A stretch of DNA of 64,000 nt from the NCBI GenBank assembly GCA_029762535.1, contig JARVGK010000008.1, forward strand, positions 42,529 through 106,528. Direction: 5' to 3'. Below the pieces are notes generated by a model. It saw nothing but the letters and a program-made list of their open reading frames with translations. It searched no databases and was not told where the DNA came from. The position numbers and the translations under genes are program-made. Positions 9,401 to 19,200 of the stretch are shown piece after piece. Numbering within the stretch: position 1 is the stretch's first letter; every line of letters begins with the position of its first letter. The stretch comes from Thermoplasmatota archaeon (GTDB taxonomy: Archaea; Thermoplasmatota; Penumbrarchaeia; Penumbrarchaeales; Penumbrarchaeaceae).

Positions 9401-11248
9401 CGCGGCGCCGTAACGCATCCCTGGCGTGGTCCCTGCGGGGTTCAGCTTGCTGAAGGCCGTGCTCGCCGGGTCGAAGCTGTAGAAATCGTCGTATATTATC
9501 CGGTCGGAGGAGGTCGTTGGATGGTAGTAGCCTCCGTAGAAGTATATCTTGCCGTCCTTGGTGTTGAGGACCATATCGAAGCCCTGCCTGGGACCGGGAC
9601 CTGCCGGAGCCCAGACCACAGACCATTCGAACGTATCGAGATCTATCTTCCACATGTCGTCGCGGTTGTAGTAATACGTGGTCTGGCCCTGTCGCGTGGT
9701 GTACCCGCCGCCGTATATGAACACCTCGTTCCTGTCGGGAACGTAGCAGATCCCGGCATTGCTTCTCGATCCAGGATTGCTCGATCCGCTGTTATAAATC
9801 GGACCTTTCCAATCCCTGGTCATCAGGTCGAAATAATAGATATAGCCAGATCCGTTGCCTCCCCATCCCGATACCAGGTTCGGACCGATATAATACAGCC
9901 TCTGCTGCACCTCGTTGTGTGCGAAGATGCCCCCGTTCACCGAACTCACAGATGTGTTGAGCGGGAACCGGGTCCACTCCTTTGTCGTCATGGTCATGTA
10001 GTTCATATCCCTGTATCTGTACGGATATGAGTACGGCTCGGAGGAGTACCACCTGCCCTGAAAAACGAAGAAGAGATCGGCGGCGGATGAATAATGGGTC
10101 GTGTAGAACATCCTGCCGCTGGGGCTGTCCCCCGCAGAGAAATGCTTCCATGACCATGACTGCATATCGGCGTTATATGTCCACAGCGTCCTGTTCATCG
10201 TGGTCTGCTGCATGGTCTGGCGGCCGCCCCATATGTTTACAGTGAGATCGGTCCCCGTTCTCCTGAAGAACATCTTCGAGCCGTGGAGGACCATGGACTG
10301 CATGCTGATGTCCGTTGAGAGCTGGGTCCACTGATCGGACGGGATGTTGTACACCCAGAAATCGTTGAGATAGACATTATTATCAGTCCCTATCCTGTGT
10401 CTCCCTCCGTAGAGGTAGATGTTCTTGTTGACGGTATCTATGCACATGTCGTGATCGTAACGCTCGATGAGGCCTGAACCGGAGCCGTCGTTCAATGATA
10501 CCGGGGCCTGCATGGGCTTGCTGATATCGATCTTGTAAAAACCGGTCAGGTTGTCGTAGTCGTTCTGGGCCTTGCCCATGTGTATATAGAGCATGCCCAT
10601 ATCCCCGTCCATGGGATCGATGACCATGGGCGCCCCGGCCCTCCTTGTGGTGAACACAGAGGATGAGAGCCTTGTCCAGGCCTCGGTGTCCATGTCGAAT
10701 ACCCAGAGATCGTTGACCATGGACCCGTCCATGTATCCGCCGTAGATGTATATCTTCCCGCGTATCTCGTCCACGGCGTAGGATGAAAGGTATCTGCCGC
10801 CAGGGCTCGTCGCTTTTTCGACAGATACCCATCTCTGGGTGTTGATGTCGAAGTAGAACATGTCGTTGATCGTGTTGTGTGTTATCTGACCCCCGAAACC
10901 CGTGCTCTGATAGCCGCCGCCGTATGTGTATACCCTTCCCGAGCTCGCGTTATATCCCATAACCCCGGACTCCCCGGACTGATGATAGCTGAACCTCTCC
11001 CACAGCCCCCATGGCTCGCTCCTTACCGCATCGGGAGGCAGCGGGATCCCCATCTCGAGGACCTCCTCTTCTTTGATAAGGTTGTCCGACATCTCCTCGA
11101 TCTGAACAATGACATCCACATCGTCGGCCCCTGCGACATCCTGGCTCCCTTCGCTAAGGAGCGGGATCGGCAGTGCCATGATAAAGGTCAAAAACAGCGC
11201 AGCTAACATCTTCCACGAGGGATTGGATGGCCTGAACACGTGCATCAC
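6449..11248 (-). CDS. Giant membrane-anchored Kelch-repeat surface protein
   Basis: Signal peptide; 12 Kelch-like blades (YTYGG, YIYGG, YLYGG...); Ig-like stalk; C-terminal TM helix (LYIIIGIIVIVLIMMVLGGLYYFLV); acidic cytoplasmic tail. Confidence 0.85.
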   Translation of the reverse strand: MMHVFRPSNPSWKMLAALFLTFIMALPIPLLSEGSQDVAGADDVDVIVQIEEMSDNLIKEEEVLEMGIPLPPDAVRSEPWGLWERFSYHQSGESGVMGYNASSGRVYTYGGGYQSTGFGGQITHNTINDMFYFDINTQRWVSVEKATSPGGRYLSSYAVDEIRGKIYIYGGYMDGSMVNDLWVFDMDTEAWTRLSSSVFTTRRAGAPMVIDPMDGDMGMLYIHMGKAQNDYDNLTGFYKIDISKPMQAPVSLNDGSGSGLIERYDHDMCIDTVNKNIYLYGGRHRIGTDNNVYLNDFWVYNIPSDQWTQLSTDISMQSMVLHGSKMFFRRTGTDLTVNIWGGRQTMQQTTMNRTLWTYNADMQSWSWKHFSAGDSPSGRMFYTTHYSSAADLFFVFQGRWYSSEPYSYPYRYRDMNYMTMTTKEWTRFPLNTSVSSVNGGIFAHNEVQQRLYYIGPNLVSGWGGNGSGYIYYFDLMTRDWKGPIYNSGSSNPGSRSNAGICYVPDRNEVFIYGGGYTTRQGQTTYYYNRDDMWKIDLDTFEWSVVWAPAGPGPRQGFDMVLNTKDGKIYFYGGYYHPTTSSDRIIYDDFYSFDPASTAFSKLNPAGTTPGMRYGAALMYEPDDHLLYLFGGWYLKEGGANAQEENDLWTYDFSTQTWTEIDAQFKPSSRAYSKMSYDPLTREIIMTGGSQNNDMSKYRILEGKWYPEYYLVHPGDLDNHASIFIPETRDLWIYGSGRHGIWRFGIPYRLAIQRVSFDDPSEGANVAYSMLKPYHFTSMVKAVEDVSEISEVRYIFNHRDGAFSVVYNHTQGTWVEHDPGNRGFLVDRSVSVDGVFLNLDMWIKFNWTWTNRPNIIDRSVTVRIMGYDVAPDELIVRNFLTVRNQLELRGVLSVSSEVQGPIQNQSWIRAGEWVNFLGPVVAYVGADLYPPLDSYMLTLWDEDDEMFTSSHMPGEPLNITLVSPNTTKTEYRYRINISGVPPDTDTSDLSFRLSTDADPPGKPPTVILHADDLNDQRTRYDNDTEVFLSWQSAPETASGVLFYYWSFEDNGGTRNGTRVESGLDAVVELPGKGAHTIYVWAEDLVGNIGPAESARIMIDMDPTTFTVIRPDLDEIVPYTAIDFEINMTDLGGSTIISQSVMYRFSNNGLNDPVQWLGIASWKYVQDIWTSFHQDNYQFVLELKGLSDTYDNFIQFKCQDGAGTVFTSTVYNILVDTSLRYPIATLVWPPDGTDFADPDDVKLEWNVTFFDPEDVSYKIYMSNRKLDVLELKSSSLWTEVFKGTTYDPIGLDFGTYYWTVVPVAQNKFVGNCTNGVFSFSVSNEENYAFTVSSHVERIKLQQGTPTSILSFDIANIGQKPMNITPIIDLEGHDGPMGSLIRYEWLLIRNGIYRLDIQQELVINLDVEILPNATVGNYTLNFTFESNWGIIRNVSVPLEITQRPVQVAPPEEDPIGLYIIIGIIVIVLIMMVLGGLYYFLVKRKTEEKHRDIESELSELESEYGMASSNGARTAPQPKGLGRSVPSAGIAASGQPSETEPAEKAQQEAPTLVDETSEDAWMNLVASETIQEVSTSDTIDSDRTVSTDREKSLQDLLNEMSGD

Positions 11249-11331
11249 CCCGTTACCGGGTCCGCGAATGCTATCCTATCAAACATCCAGAGGTACCGGC
11301 CGGTCATAAGGATGATTCACATCTTCTAATA

Positions 11332-13161
11332 TCAAGGTTTTGATACGCTGTTTTCATGCCCGGTGGCCGGGCGGACCTTCGTTGAGATAATATGGGCCAG
11401 CATTCTTTCGGCCAGATCGGATGGCAGAGAACACCTCCTGGCGACCTCCGCGGGGCCCGCCTCCAATAGAGCATCCAGGGAATCGAACTCCCTGGATATG
11501 GCAAGGTACCTCTTCTTTCCGATCCCTTGGACCTCCATCAATATGCTCTCATCGATCCTTCGTGTGCTGCGCTGATAGGTCACCGCGAACCTATGCGCCT
11601 CGTCCCTGATGCGCTGGAGCAGTTTCAAGGCGGGGTCGTCCCGCCTCAGGACCAAGGGCAGAGCCGATCCACTCCTGTATATCGTTTCCTCCTTTTTCGC
11701 CAGCGCTGCGACCGGGATCGTATCCGCCACGCCCACATCGCTCAATGCGTCCAAGGCGGAACCAAGCTGTCCCTTCCCTCCATCTATCAGGATAAGGTCC
11801 GGAAGGGGGTCGCCATGGTCCAGAAGCCTCCGATAACGCCTTGTGACGGCCTCTTTCATGGAGAGATGATCGTCGTTGACCTCCCTCGATATCCTGAAGC
11901 GCCTGTAGCCCGACTTCGCGGGGCGGCCAGATCTGAACTGCGCCATGGCGGCGACGGTGTTCGTCCCTCCGAGATGCGATATGTCGAAGCACTCTATCAC
12001 TTGAGGCAACACCTCGAGGTCCAAGGCCTCCTTCAGCCTGACGAGGGAATTGGGGCCCTCCAAAGCCCTGACCACGGACCTTGCCTTCTCCTCGGCATTG
12101 CTACGAGAGACCGCGAGCAGATGCCTCTGGTCATCTCCTCGGGGCCTCCTTATCCTGACCGGTCTTCCCCTCTTGGCCGATAGGAACTGCTCCATGTCCT
12201 CCCTCCATGACCCCTCGAGGTCCGTTCGGTCCAATACGATCCTTTCCGGAAGCGACCCCGCTATAGAATAATACGATGTCAGAAAATCCTCGGAGGGTCC
12301 GCCGATGGGCTCGGACCCCTCCAAGGTGAACTTCACTGCGTCCATCATCCTTCCCCCTCTAACGATCAGAACGGAGGCGGCCGTTCTATCTTTGGAGAAG
12401 GATATTAGATCGACGTCCGAGGAACCCTGAAGGACGGCCTTCTGTCCCTCTAGCATCCTCTCAAGCCCTTTTATGATATCCCTCATCAGTGCAGCCCTCT
12501 CGTAGGCTCCCTCCGAGGAGGCTCTCCACATCAGATCGTTCAATTCCCCGAGCAATGACTCGCCCCTGCCGGAGAGGAACTCACGGATGCCCCTCACGGC
12601 CATCGTATAAGCATCTTTATCGACAATGCCCGCGCAGGGTGCGAGACAACGGCCAATGTGGTGCTCCAGGCAGGGCCTGGATCGCCTGGACATGTCCCTC
12701 GAACAGGAGCGTACCGGAAATACCTTCCTCAGCCATCTCATGGACCTCCTCACGGCTAGCGGGTCCCCGTGAGGTCCGAAATGGTCCCCTGAACCCGGAT
12801 GCAGTCCCCGAACATGCCTTACAGAGGGGTATTCTTCCCTGGTCACGAGAATATACGGGTAGGACTTGTCGTCCTTCAACCTGATGTTGTACCTGGGCTG
12901 ATGCTTCTTGATCAACGTGTCCTCCAGTACCAGCGCCTCCAGCTCGTTCGAGGTCAGTATCCAGTCCACAGTAAGGGCGTGCTCCCTGAGCATCGCCTCC
13001 TTGGGATCGTCCCTGTTCTGAAGATGGGACCTGATCCTCGATCTTATATCGATCGCCTTGCCGACGTAGAGCACCGATCCTGAAGCGTCCTTGAACAGAT
13101 AGACGCCGCATGCTGAGGGCAGAGTAGATGTATCGATGTCCATCCTTTCATCCATAGACAT
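11332..13161 (-). CDS. uvrC: Excinuclease ABC subunit C
   Basis: GIY-YIG (GVYLF..LYVGKA), ECFDISH, LIDGGKGQ, RIRDEAHRFA, HhH. Confidence 0.96.
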   Translation of the reverse strand: MSMDERMDIDTSTLPSACGVYLFKDASGSVLYVGKAIDIRSRIRSHLQNRDDPKEAMLREHALTVDWILTSNELEALVLEDTLIKKHQPRYNIRLKDDKSYPYILVTREEYPSVRHVRGLHPGSGDHFGPHGDPLAVRRSMRWLRKVFPVRSCSRDMSRRSRPCLEHHIGRCLAPCAGIVDKDAYTMAVRGIREFLSGRGESLLGELNDLMWRASSEGAYERAALMRDIIKGLERMLEGQKAVLQGSSDVDLISFSKDRTAASVLIVRGGRMMDAVKFTLEGSEPIGGPSEDFLTSYYSIAGSLPERIVLDRTDLEGSWREDMEQFLSAKRGRPVRIRRPRGDDQRHLLAVSRSNAEEKARSVVRALEGPNSLVRLKEALDLEVLPQVIECFDISHLGGTNTVAAMAQFRSGRPAKSGYRRFRISREVNDDHLSMKEAVTRRYRRLLDHGDPLPDLILIDGGKGQLGSALDALSDVGVADTIPVAALAKKEETIYRSGSALPLVLRRDDPALKLLQRIRDEAHRFAVTYQRSTRRIDESILMEVQGIGKKRYLAISREFDSLDALLEAGPAEVARRCSLPSDLAERMLAHIISTKVRPATGHENSVSKP

Positions 13162-13214
13162 ACCAATTATTTATCGGATTTGATGGCTTGTATAGAGGAG
13201 CCGGGTCCGGGGTT

Positions 13215-16118
13215 TCAGCGTGATCCAGGGGCTGGATGTTTCCTAGGCCTGCCTGGCCCCTTCTTCGCTTTGATGGGTTCGGGCGAGAGACCCGACACCT
13301 TTGCCAGGTATCTTCCAGTATGGCTTTGCGGATGATAGGCAACTTCCTCCGGGGTGCCCTCGCAGACGATCCCCCCACCTTCGTCCCCTCCCTCCGGACC
13401 CATGTCGATGACCCAGTCGCCGGTCTTTATCACATCCAGATTATGTTCTATGACAACGACCGAATTCCCTTTGCATCTGAGCCTCAAGAGAACGTCTATG
13501 AGCTTTCTCACATCGTCGAAATGCAGCCCGGTGGTGGGCTCGTCGAGGAGGTATATGGTCTTGCCGGTCGCCCGCTTGGACAGCTCGGTGGACAGTTTCA
13601 CCCTCTGGGCCTCGCCTCCGGAGAGGGTCGTGGCGCTCTGACCGAGCTTTATATATCCCAATCCTACGTCCATCAGGGTCTGGAGCTTGCTCCTTATCGA
13701 ATTCACGTTGGTGAAGAACTCCAGTCCCTCCTCGACGGACATGTTCAGGACATCCGAGATCGTCCTTCCCTTGTATCTTATGTCGAGCGTCTCCCGGGTG
13801 TACCTCTTCCCCTTGCAGACCTCGCAGGGTATGTAGACGTCGGGGAGGAAGTGCATCTCGAGCTTGATTATGCCCCCGCCCTCGCAGTTCTCGCACCTTC
13901 CCCCCTTCACATTGAAGGAGAACTGTCCCGGTTTGTAACCCCTCGCCCTGGCCAAAGGTGTTCTGGCGAACAGGTCCCGTATGGGGGTGAAGGCCCCCGT
14001 GTATGTCGCAGGGTTGGATCTGGGGGTCCTGCCTATGGGGGACTGGTCTATGACTATGACCTTGTCGAGGTGTTCCAGTCCGTCTATGCCCTCATGCCTG
14101 CCGGGCGATTCCCTGGAGCCGTGCAGGCTGCGCATCAGGGCTTTGTGCAGAATATCAAAGACCAGCGTGGACTTTCCCGAACCCGAGACCCCCGTTACAC
14201 ATGTGAGCACGCCGAGGGGGATCCTCACGTCGATCCCTTTGAGATTGTGCTCTGATGCTCCCTTAATAAGAATATGCTCGCCATTCCCCTTCGGGCGCTT
14301 TGCGGGGACGGGGATGCTCCTGCGGCCGCAGAGGTAGTCCCCTGTAAGCGAGCGCTCCGACGCGCACATGTCCTCGACCGTTCCCTGAGCGACCACCTCT
14401 CCCCCGTGTATTCCGGCTCCCGGACCCAGATCGACCACATGGTCGGCGCTCCTTATCACCTGTTCGTCATGCTCGACGACTATGATCGTGTTCCCGAGGT
14501 CCCGTAGGCGGAAGAGGGTGTCTATTAGCCTCGAATTGTCCCTCTGATGCAGGCCGATGGAGGGCTCGTCAAGGACGTAGAGGACGCCCATGAGCGCGGA
14601 CCCGATCTGGGTTGCGAGCTGTATCCTTTGGGCCTCACCGCCCGAGAGGGTCCCCATGGTGCGGTCGAGGGATATGTAGTCAAGGCCCACGTCCCTCAGG
14701 AAGGCCATTCGGGACCGGACCTCCTTCAATACGTCCTTGGCTATCGAGATATCCTTCTCCGAAAGGGATGCTTCGAGCTGCTCCAGATAGGGTAGCGCAT
14801 CCCTTATGGACATCTCCAGCAGCTCGTTGATGTTGAGTTCCCCTACCGTCACCGCCAGGGATGCGGGGTTCAATCTCGCCCCGCCGCAGGCGGGGCATGG
14901 CTGGGCGCTCATGAACTGCCTGTAGAATTCCCTTGCACCCTCCGACTGGGTCTGCCTGTACCTTCTCTGTATTGTGGGGATCACACCCTCGTATCTGCGG
15001 TCCATGCTCCACTCGTACTTCGGGGAGGTTATGTGGAGCTTGTAGCTCCTCTCGGTCCCGTAGAGTATGGCCTCCCTCACCCCCTCGGGAAGGGACTGCC
15101 AGGGTGTCGCGACCGAGAATCCCATTTGTTTTCCCAGCCCCTCGAGTATCCTTAGGTTGTAGGAACCGTCCGGATCGCTCCTGAACAACCCGATGGCTCC
15201 CTGCGATATGCTCTTCTTCGGGTCCGTGATGATAAGAGTGGGGTCCACCTCGAGCTTGAAGCCCAATCCAGAGCATTCCTTGCACGCCCCGAACGGGGAG
15301 TTGAAGGAGAACATCCTCGGCTCCAGGGCCGGGATCGAGATCTTGTGTATTGGACACGCCATCCTCTCCGAGTAGAACGAGTCCGCCCCCTTCCTCCTCC
15401 CGGATAGCTCCCTGACGATGAGCGATCCGTCCGAGAGCTGCATGGCCTGATGAACATCGTCCGCCAGCTGATCGCGGTGCTCCTCGTCGCATACCAGCTC
15501 GTCCACGATGACCTGCACGTCGTGCTTGACGTTCCTGTCAAGTTCCGGAAATGATGAGACGTCGCATTCCTCATCGTCGATGATGAGCCTCCTGTAACCG
15601 CCCCTTTTCAGCTCGGCGGCCCTGTCCTTGTGGGTTCCTTTCTTTCCGGAAACGATAGGGGACAGGACCGCGATCCTCCTATTGCCTCCCTCGAACACGG
15701 AATCCAATATCTGATCGATGGACTGCTTCTCGATCTCCCGGCCGCAGACGGGGCAGTGGGGGATCCCTACTCTGGCATAGAGCAGCCTCAGATGATCGTG
15801 TATCTCGGTCGCCGTGGCCACCGTGGACCGGGGATTCCTCGTGGGAGAATGCTGCTCTATCGATATCGCGGGGGACAGCCCCTCTATCGAATCCACGTCC
15901 GGCTTGTCCATAACTCCGAGGAACTGCCTTGCATACGATGAAAGCGATTCTATGAACCTTCTCTGGCCCTCGGCGTATATGGTATCGAATGCGAGGGAGG
16001 ATTTTCCCGATCCCGACAGCCCCGTGATGACCACAAGGCGGTCCCTGGGGATCGTGACGTCGATGTTGCGGAGGTTGTGCTGCCTGGCACCCTTAATTAT
16101 CAGATCCGAGCTTGCCAT
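13215..16118 (-). CDS. uvrA: Excinuclease ABC subunit A
   Basis: GARQHNL, two Walker A motifs (GLSGSGKS, GVSGSGKS), LSGGEAQR twice, zinc modules. Confidence 0.98.
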   Translation of the reverse strand: MASSDLIIKGARQHNLRNIDVTIPRDRLVVITGLSGSGKSSLAFDTIYAEGQRRFIESLSSYARQFLGVMDKPDVDSIEGLSPAISIEQHSPTRNPRSTVATATEIHDHLRLLYARVGIPHCPVCGREIEKQSIDQILDSVFEGGNRRIAVLSPIVSGKKGTHKDRAAELKRGGYRRLIIDDEECDVSSFPELDRNVKHDVQVIVDELVCDEEHRDQLADDVHQAMQLSDGSLIVRELSGRRKGADSFYSERMACPIHKISIPALEPRMFSFNSPFGACKECSGLGFKLEVDPTLIITDPKKSISQGAIGLFRSDPDGSYNLRILEGLGKQMGFSVATPWQSLPEGVREAILYGTERSYKLHITSPKYEWSMDRRYEGVIPTIQRRYRQTQSEGAREFYRQFMSAQPCPACGGARLNPASLAVTVGELNINELLEMSIRDALPYLEQLEASLSEKDISIAKDVLKEVRSRMAFLRDVGLDYISLDRTMGTLSGGEAQRIQLATQIGSALMGVLYVLDEPSIGLHQRDNSRLIDTLFRLRDLGNTIIVVEHDEQVIRSADHVVDLGPGAGIHGGEVVAQGTVEDMCASERSLTGDYLCGRRSIPVPAKRPKGNGEHILIKGASEHNLKGIDVRIPLGVLTCVTGVSGSGKSTLVFDILHKALMRSLHGSRESPGRHEGIDGLEHLDKVIVIDQSPIGRTPRSNPATYTGAFTPIRDLFARTPLARARGYKPGQFSFNVKGGRCENCEGGGIIKLEMHFLPDVYIPCEVCKGKRYTRETLDIRYKGRTISDVLNMSVEEGLEFFTNVNSIRSKLQTLMDVGLGYIKLGQSATTLSGGEAQRVKLSTELSKRATGKTIYLLDEPTTGLHFDDVRKLIDVLLRLRCKGNSVVVIEHNLDVIKTGDWVIDMGPEGGDEGGGIVCEGTPEEVAYHPQSHTGRYLAKVSGLSPEPIKAKKGPGRPRKHPAPGSR

Positions 16119-16293
16119 GAACGAATCCTCGCATGAGGAGGCCGTTTATAAATATATTGGGCGGGGCCGGACATATGTGAAAGTGAGAGGGTTCCCGTTT
16201 CGGACCACCTTGATCTTCCACGGGTTCGATACAACGATGGACCGAAATTTCTTTATATGCCCCTTGGTGGTTAACCGAACTTGAGGGATCGAA

Positions 16294-19200
16294 ATGAGGG
16301 GGAGCTCGATCGCTTTCATCACGCTGTTCATGCTAATGCTCTCCGCCGCGGTCCAGATCGGCATGGCAGAAGACGATGCGCATGCTGGACCGACATCTAC
16401 CCCATCTTGTGATCTCGATCATGTGAAGGCTGCCCCAACGAGGGATGTCCATGAGGCGATAATCGGATCGAGACTTATAGGAGGGTCCGGGAAGGAGTTC
16501 ATCTCCTCTTGCTGCGATGACGGTGGCGATCTGATCGTCGCCGGGTGGACGACCTCCGACGATCTCGATGCGGAGGGAGCTCCCCTCCACGGAAGCTACG
16601 CGGGGGATAAGGACATCTTCATCGCAAGGATGGGAATGAACCTCAGCATCTCATCCCTGGCCCTCATCGGCGGAAGCATGGCCGAGGAGCCTACGGGCAT
16701 CGGCGTTCTCCCTGACGGCAGCGTTTACGTCGCGGGATGGACGGCATCCTCCGACCTGCCTGCCGGGGAACGATCCCTCTTCAACGCTTCGGCCGGAGGC
16801 GAGGACGGTCTCCTGATGGTCCTGAGCTCCGACCTGTCCCGGATCGTCTTCTCCACATATTTCGGGGGATCGCAGAACGACAGGATCAACGCCGCAGATG
16901 CCGGTCCCGATGGAACGATATACATCACCGGCATCACGTTCTCGGGGGATCTGCCCACGACGGAGGGATCCTACAGGAACGCATCCGAAGCTACCGTTCC
17001 ATACGGACCTGACGCTTTCGTGGCCAGGATCGACACGGATGGTCGCGACATCGTCTATTCCACCTTCCTCGGGGGGATAAGAGCCGACTCGGGGACGGCC
17101 ATCGCCATCGATGGGTCAGGAGCCGCATACGTTTCAGGTGAGACATCCTCCAAGGATTTTCCGATAACCCCTGGGGTTTATTCCAATGAAAACATCTATT
17201 ACAATTACCCGGACATTTTCATCGCCCATCTATCGAGCAACGGTGGGACGCTGATATCCTCGACGGTAATCGGGGGCCTATACACGGACCAGGCCTTGAG
17301 CGTTCGGATCGGGAGCGACGGCCTCTTCGTGACCGGAAGGTCGATGTCATACGACTTTCCCTTAACGAATGATGCTTTCGACAGCAGCAACCCCGTGGGC
17401 AACAGAAGGTCCTACGACGGATTGCTCTTGAAGATGCCCCTCGATCTGACGGAGCTCGATTTCTCATCATACCTGGGATCTACGGAAAATGACTGGATAT
17501 CTGGCCTTGACCTTGACGAAGTGGGCAACATCTACATCACGGGTCTTGTCTCGAACGCGAGGCAATTCGTCACTTCCCATGCATCCAGCCCTTTATACAA
17601 CGGCGGCGATGATGCCTTCCTCGCGATCACCGACCTGTCGAACAACCTACAGTACTTCACTTTCATCGGTGGAGGCGGCAGCGATCAGGGGACCCGGGTG
17701 CTGCATACCAGTCCCGGGAGATGTACGATCGTTGGACAGACATGCTCAGTGAATTTTCCCATAAGGCACGATACGGGTCAAGATCTCCGCGGTATCTCGG
17801 ACGCATTCATCATGGTCCATGCCACTCCGACGCCCCCTTCAGCCCCAAAGATCGTAACATCCAGGGCAGGGGACTCCCGTATTGAGATCGAGTGGGCGGC
17901 TCCAAAGGACGACGGCCTCTGCTCCATATCGGGCTACAACCTTCAGCGCATCTGCGTCGATGGGAATATCACGATATCGCTTCCCATCCAATTCTCCTAC
18001 ATCGATACGGAGGTGAAGAACGGTATCGAACACGAGTACAGGGTCTCGGCGGTGAACCGCCTGGGCGAGGGCGAGCGTTCCGAACCGGTCATCGTTCGCC
18101 CGGGGACGATCCCATCTGAGCCCACGAACTTCAGCATTATGACCGGCAAAGGTTTCGCTTCGTTGGAGTGGGATCCGCCGAGCCACGACGGCTGGGTCGG
18201 GATCGAGGGATACATCATCCAGAAGAAGGACAGCGGCAGCGATCCGATCGAGGTCCTGACCTCGAATGGGAGTTATGAGGATAGCGATGTGAAGGCTGGA
18301 TCCTATTACAGCTACAACGTCAGGGCCTACAACGCGATGGGGATCGGGCCAAAATCCCCCACGATAGCGGTGAGGATACCGACGCTTCCTGACAGGGTCA
18401 GGGACCTCAAGGCGATCCCCCAGCCCGGCGCGGTCCTTCTGAGCTGGGTCCCGCCTACCGATGACGGCGGAGCCCCGATAGAAGAATACGTCATCCACCG
18501 AAGGACGGCAGGCTCGGGGAATGAGACCTCGATCCGATGGCCTGGACTCGAGTTCCTGGACGAGGGCCTAACCCCCGGGGTGGAGATGGAGTACAGGGTT
18601 GCCGCGTCGAACCTGTTCGGAGAGGGCGAGCCTACATATTGGACCAGGGTCGAGCCTTACGGCCCTCCCGGACCACCTACCCTCCTCAAGGCCGATGCGG
18701 GCGACGGTGTCATCGTCATCGAATGGGATCCTCCGTCCTGCGACGGGGGAAGATCGCTTTCGGGGTTCCGGATATACAAAAGTGTGGATGGATCGGATTT
18801 CGAACTCGCCGCTGACCTCTCTTTATGTTCGATATTCTTCGATCGGGACGTCGTTAACGGTGTCCTGTACTCTTACAGGATCACCGCAAGGAGCAGGGCG
18901 GGTGAAAGCGAGCCCTCATCGGTCATGAACGCCAGGCCGGTCGGCCCGCCCTCCACTCCTTTGGGACTCACCGCCTCTAAGTTCGACGGATACGTCGAGC
19001 TGCGGTGGTCGGCGCCGATGCGCGATGGAGGATCCGAGCTTCTGGGATACCGTCTATTGCGATCGGCCCACGGAAACCCGTTGCGGCATTACAGGGATCT
19101 GCCCCCCTCCACCCGCTTCTCCGACAGCGATGTGATGAACGGGATAGAGTACTCGTACGCCTTGACCGCCTTCAACGAGGTCTACGAAGGGGATATGTCC

